Shown here: positions 38,135 through 42,907 of the stretch, one piece after another
Layout of the letters: each line of letters starts with the position of its first letter
How positions within the stretch are numbered: position 1 is the first letter of the stretch
NCBI GenBank assembly: GCA_046757525.1
Contig: JBHHYI010000013.1
Coordinates: 1 to 42,907 of the forward strand
Origin: a bacterium
GTDB taxonomy: Bacteria > Zhuqueibacterota > Zhuqueibacteria > Oceanimicrobiales > Oceanimicrobiaceae
Direction of reading: 5' to 3'
DNA: 42,907 nt
The notes under the pieces: generated by a model
What the model was told of the DNA's origin: nothing
Database searches by the model: none
What the model saw: only the letters and a program-made list of their open reading frames with translations
Position numbers and translations under genes: made by a program

Positions 38135-38329
38135 GTCTCCCTCTCAATGAAACAAAAAAAATGACCCTGCCTCCAATAGGCGCCGCCCACCTGATGGAGG
38201 GCTTCTCAAACACTAACCTCATAACCGATGCAAGTTCCCCGCTTCTGGAAGTCCTGCAGGGCTACTTGCGAGTTCAATTACTCAGTAGTCCAGGTGGGCG
38301 GCTTTGTTTGGCAAATCACCGGGCCAGAT

Positions 38330-38908
38330 CTATTTCAAACTGGACCTGATGTGCTTGTTATGCTTCTTCAAATAGTCGCGCCAGAGCACCAGGAAGGCTT
38401 CCGGCGCTTTTTCAAACGTCTTTACACAATCCTGGCATTCAAAGTAGTATTTGTCGCCCAAGTATGAAACAAAGAGATTCTCAGCAACGGCCTGCTTACT
38501 CGCAACCGGCGCGTAACAGACCGGGCAGTAGGTGTCGGCCTCCTTTTCCGGCACCGAGGGATGATTGGCACGATGCAACTCGGCGACATAATCGCTAACC
38601 AAGCGCATCTCGCGATCGCTCAATTCAATCGGCGGCATTTTGGTTTTCTCGACAAACTCAAGATGGGCGCGGACAAACATGCTGTCGTTGGCAATGAAAG
38701 GATCGGCCAGATTTGGCGCGGTCGAATCTCCTCTGGCCTCCCCGATGGAATGACAGGTGCCGCATTTCTTGCTCTCAAATACCTGCTTCCCTTGCAGCGC
38801 TGTCTTGCTGAAACGGGTAGTGTTGTCATTGCCACCCGAGTTGCAGCCGATGAAATCTGCAGTCAGTATGAGAACAAAACCGAGTCTGAACACATTCTTT
38901 GTGAACAT
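38330..38908 (-). CDS. Monoheme cytochrome c lipoprotein fused to a YHS/TRASH-like domain
   Basis: Lipobox FIGC, CGTCH…APNL…MP cytochrome c motifs, and CPVC…YLGDKYYFECQDC…F…P. Confidence 0.82.
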   Translation of the reverse strand: MFTKNVFRLGFVLILTADFIGCNSGGNDNTTRFSKTALQGKQVFESKKCGTCHSIGEARGDSTAPNLADPFIANDSMFVRAHLEFVEKTKMPPIELSDREMRLVSDYVAELHRANHPSVPEKEADTYCPVCYAPVASKQAVAENLFVSYLGDKYYFECQDCVKTFEKAPEAFLVLWRDYLKKHNKHIRSSLK

Positions 38909-38940
38909 GGTACCTCCTTACTCTGGCTTAGAAGCCAGGT

Positions 38941-39879
38941 TCAAAAAATGTTAACCCAATTGCTGCGGGTGCGACGCTCACCCAAATGTTTGCACACCTG
39001 CCAGGATTCACCCCCAGGCTGGCTTCGAATGGACAAAACTGGACAGGGGGCTATTTTGATCACTTTCTCTGTCACGCTGCCCATCAAAACTTTGGAGACG
39101 CCGGTGCGGCCGTGCGTCGCCATGGCAATCAAATCGATGTCCCAATCCTGAGCAAAATCTCGAATGCCGTAGCCTGCGGAACCCACATGGTGCCGCACGA
39201 ATTTCTTCGTGAGGATTTTGTTGAATTCGTCCGGGATTTCCCATTGATTGGCCAACCTCTCTTTGACCTGCTCAAAGTATTTGCTCTCCATCTCCTGGCC
39301 GCGTCGATCCACACGGTACCCGAATTCAACCACATGCAGCAGGTGAATTTCTGCCTGAAACCTCTCAGCCAGAGCAGCCACCGTGGGTACCACGGTGTAA
39401 GAAAGCGGCGAGAAATCAATGGGCACAAGAACTTTTTTGATGGCCATACTCCCCCTGGAGTGGACGGTCAACACAGGACAAACCGATTTTCGCGTCACCT
39501 TTTCGCCGGTGGAACCCAGAAACAGGCGCTCAATTTTCGAGAGACCTTTGGCCCCCTGGATGATCAGGTCGACCTTTTCCTTTTCTGCGTACCTCAGGAT
39601 CTCCAGGTAAGGGGACCCCGCTTTGATTTCCTTCTTGTAGACACCCCTCCAATCGCCGGAAAAGCTGTTTAATTCCTCCAGAACGTCTTCCGGTTTCTGA
39701 ACGCCAAAGTCGGGGAAATCAGGCATCAAGGCCGAATAAGCTTCGGTCATGCTTGGACAGACGTGCAGCAGAATCAGTTGAGCGTCAAATGCCTCGGCAA
39801 ACATCTTAGCGTAGTCGAACGCTTCGTGGGAGGCTTCAGAGAAATCCAGAGGGCACAAAATTTTCTTAAACAATTTCAT
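38941..39879 (-). CDS. Tandem universal stress protein (UspA x2)
   Basis: ILCPLDFS…FLGST…CPVLTV and VLVPIDFS…ATHGRTG…MGSVTEKV…CPVL repeats. Confidence 0.93.
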   Translation of the reverse strand: MKLFKKILCPLDFSEASHEAFDYAKMFAEAFDAQLILLHVCPSMTEAYSALMPDFPDFGVQKPEDVLEELNSFSGDWRGVYKKEIKAGSPYLEILRYAEKEKVDLIIQGAKGLSKIERLFLGSTGEKVTRKSVCPVLTVHSRGSMAIKKVLVPIDFSPLSYTVVPTVAALAERFQAEIHLLHVVEFGYRVDRRGQEMESKYFEQVKERLANQWEIPDEFNKILTKKFVRHHVGSAGYGIRDFAQDWDIDLIAMATHGRTGVSKVLMGSVTEKVIKIAPCPVLSIRSQPGGESWQVCKHLGERRTRSNWVNIF

Positions 39880-39891
39880 CGAACCACCCCC

Positions 39892-41184
39892 TCACAGGTA
39901 ATTAATTTTCTTGGCGTATCGTTCTAATTCTTCGCGGTAATTGGGATGAGCAATGCCAATGAGCGCTTCCGCCCGTTCCCTGAGACTTTTACCGTGCAGA
40001 TACGCGATCCCAAATTCGGTAGCGACATAATGAACATCGCCGCGGCTGGTGACCACACCTGCGCCTTCTTTGAGGTGCGGCACGATGCGCGTGATCTGGC
40101 CGTCCTTCGCGGTGGCGGGCAATGCAATGATCGGCCTGCCGCCGCGGGCCCGGGCAGCACCTCGAATAAAATCGACCTGGCCGCCAAAGCCAGAATAGAT
40201 TTTGTGCCCAATGGAGTCGGAGCAGATCTGGCCGGTCAAATCGACTTCAAGGGCTGAGTTTATGGCAACGATGCCGTCATTTTGAGCCACCACAAACGGG
40301 TCGTTGGTGTAGTCAACCTGGTGCAGTTCGAACAGCGGATTGTTGTTGATGTACTCATAGAGGTCCCGGCTCCCCAAAACAAAGGTCGCGATGACTTTGC
40401 CCGGATGCAAAGTCTTGCGTGCGTTGGTCACAGTTCCGGCCTCTACGGCACTCATGACACCGTCGGAAACCATCTCCGTGTGCACTCCCAGGTCCTGGCG
40501 GTCTTGAAGCAGGGTCAGGACTGCATTGGGGATGCCACCAATGCCCAACTGCAAGGTAGTGCCGTCTTCGATTAGAGGCGCAATGTGCCGGGCAATCTGC
40601 TTTTCCACTTCAGTGTTCGGTTTGGGTTCCAAGGTCGGCAAAACTTCCGAGGATTCAACGATTTTGTGGATGCGCGACACGTGCACAAAACAGTCGCCCA
40701 GGGCACGGGGCATTTTCTCGTTCACCTGGGCAATAACGCACTTAGCTGTCTCAGCCGCACTTTTGGTTGCTGCGGTTTCAACACCGAGAGAAACGAACCC
40801 GTGGTCATCCGGCGGCGAGGTGTGAATGATGGCCACATCTAACTGGATTTGCTCTCGAAAAAGCCTGGGTATTTCATACAAGAAAATGGGAAAATAGTCG
40901 GCCCGGCCTTCGTTGACCGCTTGGCGGTCGGCAGGCCCCACGAACAGGGATTTATGACGAAAATGACCTTGCATCTCCGGCCCGGACAGCGGGTCATCCC
41001 CTATCAATAGCAGATGAAAGACCTCCACGCGCTCCAGTTCATCTTTGCGCCTGGCCAATGCGTTCAGAATTACGTAAGGGGTTGCGGCATTGCCGGAAGA
41101 GTAAATTTTATCACCACTCTTGATCAGAGAAACCGCTTCCTCCGCACCGCAGACTTTGCTTTTGTAGTCTTCAATCCATTTCAT
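39892..41184 (-). CDS. Acetyl-CoA hydrolase/transferase (4-hydroxybutyrate CoA-transferase-like)
   Basis: LQLGIGGIP, LGVHTEM (catalytic Glu), INSALEVDLTGQ, SGFGGQVDFIRGA and IAHPNYRE motifs. Confidence 0.93.
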   Translation of the reverse strand: MKWIEDYKSKVCGAEEAVSLIKSGDKIYSSGNAATPYVILNALARRKDELERVEVFHLLLIGDDPLSGPEMQGHFRHKSLFVGPADRQAVNEGRADYFPIFLYEIPRLFREQIQLDVAIIHTSPPDDHGFVSLGVETAATKSAAETAKCVIAQVNEKMPRALGDCFVHVSRIHKIVESSEVLPTLEPKPNTEVEKQIARHIAPLIEDGTTLQLGIGGIPNAVLTLLQDRQDLGVHTEMVSDGVMSAVEAGTVTNARKTLHPGKVIATFVLGSRDLYEYINNNPLFELHQVDYTNDPFVVAQNDGIVAINSALEVDLTGQICSDSIGHKIYSGFGGQVDFIRGAARARGGRPIIALPATAKDGQITRIVPHLKEGAGVVTSRGDVHYVATEFGIAYLHGKSLRERAEALIGIAHPNYREELERYAKKINYL

Positions 41185-41222
41185 GTGTCGGTTTATCAGG
41201 TTAGCCTTTCTATGAACCCATC

Positions 41223-41897
41223 CTATGACGCGTTGGGATTCCCTTCGGTCAATCTAAACTGAATTGGAATGGAGACCCACACTTTCACCGCGCGGTCCCG
41301 TTGTTTGGCTGGTTTCCACTTCACAGCCATCACGGCATTGTGAGCCGCTTCACCGAAACCAAATTGGACCCCGACAGCTTTTAAGATTTGGGTTTTGACG
41401 GGATTGCCCTTTTCATCGATCAAGACACCGATAACCACAGTGCCTTCAAAGCCTGCTTTCTTGGCCAGGGCCGGATAGACCAGGTGCTTGCCAATGGCAG
41501 CCATGCCGCCGATGGGCACCGGGGGTTCGTCGAAGGGAACGAAAACGTACTGATCCTCGATGTCATCGCCTTGACTGGGTGGCGGTGGCAGCGACGATAA
41601 ATCCAGATTGAGCTCCGTCGATTCGATGGTGAGGTCTTCGGGCACATCCTCGTCCTCTGTCGGCACGGGCACCGAGGGACGCGGTGGCGGCGGCGCCTGC
41701 TTGATCTGTTCGGTTGGTGGAATGTCCTCCACCTTTATTTCTATCGCCTTGGCCGTCCGTTTCTCGGTGTTCAACCGTATTTTAGGCAATGCGTGAAAAA
41801 TCGCAAAATGGAACATCAGGGAAAAAATCAAAGACAATTCCAGCGTTTTGCGGTATTTGAATTTCAGGTCTACTTCAGGATTCTTCAAGGGTGGCAT
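41223..41897 (-). CDS. tonB: Energy transducer TonB
   Basis: N-terminal TM with His, Pro-rich linker, YPALAKKAGFEGTV and KWKPAKQR…PIQF C-terminal domain. Confidence 0.9.
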   Translation of the reverse strand: MPPLKNPEVDLKFKYRKTLELSLIFSLMFHFAIFHALPKIRLNTEKRTAKAIEIKVEDIPPTEQIKQAPPPPRPSVPVPTEDEDVPEDLTIESTELNLDLSSLPPPPSQGDDIEDQYVFVPFDEPPVPIGGMAAIGKHLVYPALAKKAGFEGTVVIGVLIDEKGNPVKTQILKAVGVQFGFGEAAHNAVMAVKWKPAKQRDRAVKVWVSIPIQFRLTEGNPNAS

Positions 41898-42102
41898 TTT
41901 CAGGTCTCCTCACTTTATTACTTGATACTTTGCCATGTTTGCGTTACAAAAAGACAACAGCCTTCCGGTGCAAGCTGTTACGAAGTCCAGGCCAATATGG
42001 CTCTCCGGCGAACCCATCATCGCAATCAGAAATCTCTTGAATTACGGTTTTCTTGACCAGTCGTTCGGTGACTATTGCTAAAATTGGCTACGTTTCTCGA
42101 AT

Positions 42103-42117
42103 GCCAAAAATGTGCCA
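42103..42117 (-). promoter_or_regulatory. Possible sigma-54 promoter upstream of tonB
   Basis: TGGCACATTTTTGGC, an exact GG-N10-GC spacing. Confidence 0.45.
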
Positions 42118-42306
42118 TGAAGCGTGGGTTCCAGGAGTCTACCTTAATCCACTGTTTTTCTTGAAGCGCGACCCTGGAAAAGCGATTCCAAGTGCTGGAG
42201 TTGATTCTTATTTGTGGGAAAATTGAAAGCTTGATTCTCAAATGTGGGAAAGGTCAACGGTTGACAACCAAAGCCAGGCAATCAGGAACAAATCTGTTGG
42301 CAACAA

Positions 42307-42595
42307 TGCGAATCGGTCTTCACCAAATTCTTAAAATTGAGAAAATAATCCAAGACTACTTAACCAACTTTCACGGGCCAATGGAAGCCATCGTTCTCAC
42401 CGTGTTCGAATTCGATGCACAGCGAGCAGGCCAAATGAAAAAGTACGTGCACGCCGAATCCCAGGCGCTGTCAGAATTGCAAGCGGCCTTAGCGGCGGGC
42501 GACCAGGCAGAATCATTCAGAGGGCTAAAGCGATCAAGACGAACTTCGCCAAACTGTTCATGCTGTTCGGTGATTTCGACAGCGTGAAGTCCTAA
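42307..42595 (+). pseudogene. Possible frameshifted gene fragment
   Basis: Helical-looking ORF (…QMKKYVHAESQALSELQAAL…) continues more plausibly in another frame near 42527 as KAIKTNFAKLFMLFGDFDSVKS*. Confidence 0.3.
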
Positions 42596-42907
42596 GTTTC
42601 GGTGCTGCCAAATTAGGCCAGGTATTGACTTGTGTGGATGGTTTCAAACCGTAAGGTAGGCAAAGAATGCACAAGAGTCTCGAAGTGTAAATCCGTACAA
42701 TCCAGGTTCTAATTCTTTTTGCACCTTACTAGAGTTTTGCTACAGAATTCTGTGGTCGTGGCCACAAGTCGTCTTCTGCATTCCAATTTTCCCCACTCGA
42801 TGAGTCCCCTTTCATTTTCGCATTTTTAGTAATTTTCATGTTCAATATTCTCAAAATTGGGAATGTGTGCGTCTCTTGTCTTTTCTCCATTCTCGAAATA
42901 ACAAGGT

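Noticed and set aside
42600..42907. Possible gene entering from the right edge
   Set aside because: The minus-strand frames I read contain stops and no motif is recognisable; at most a decayed fragment.

Overview
Bacterial chromosomal window in which essentially every credible gene lies on the minus strand. A T9SS-like C-terminal-domain protein, a eukaryote-type citrate synthase and a Bacteroidetes-style sigma-54 two-component system suggest an FCB-superphylum lineage such as KSB1, Calditrichota or Ignavibacteria (inference). The centrepiece is an apparent respiratory operon at 7042-15219: Rieske protein, cytochrome b, HAO-family octaheme cytochrome c, periplasmic nitrate reductase NapA, a tandem-duplicated tetraheme NapB-like lipoprotein and an alginate-export-type porin. 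It has no napC, napGH, napD or cytochrome c1. The rest includes central metabolism (mdh, citrate synthase, maeB, ald, CoA transferase, Met/Cys lyase), a LonC-like protease, a feoB/DtxR cluster, a deleted and frameshifted TonB-dependent receptor, and regulators. Non-coding DNA holds a cassette-like palindromic repeat array at two loci with shuffled module order, other REP-like elements and two candidate small or structured RNAs. All calls come from reading motifs by eye; no searches were run.
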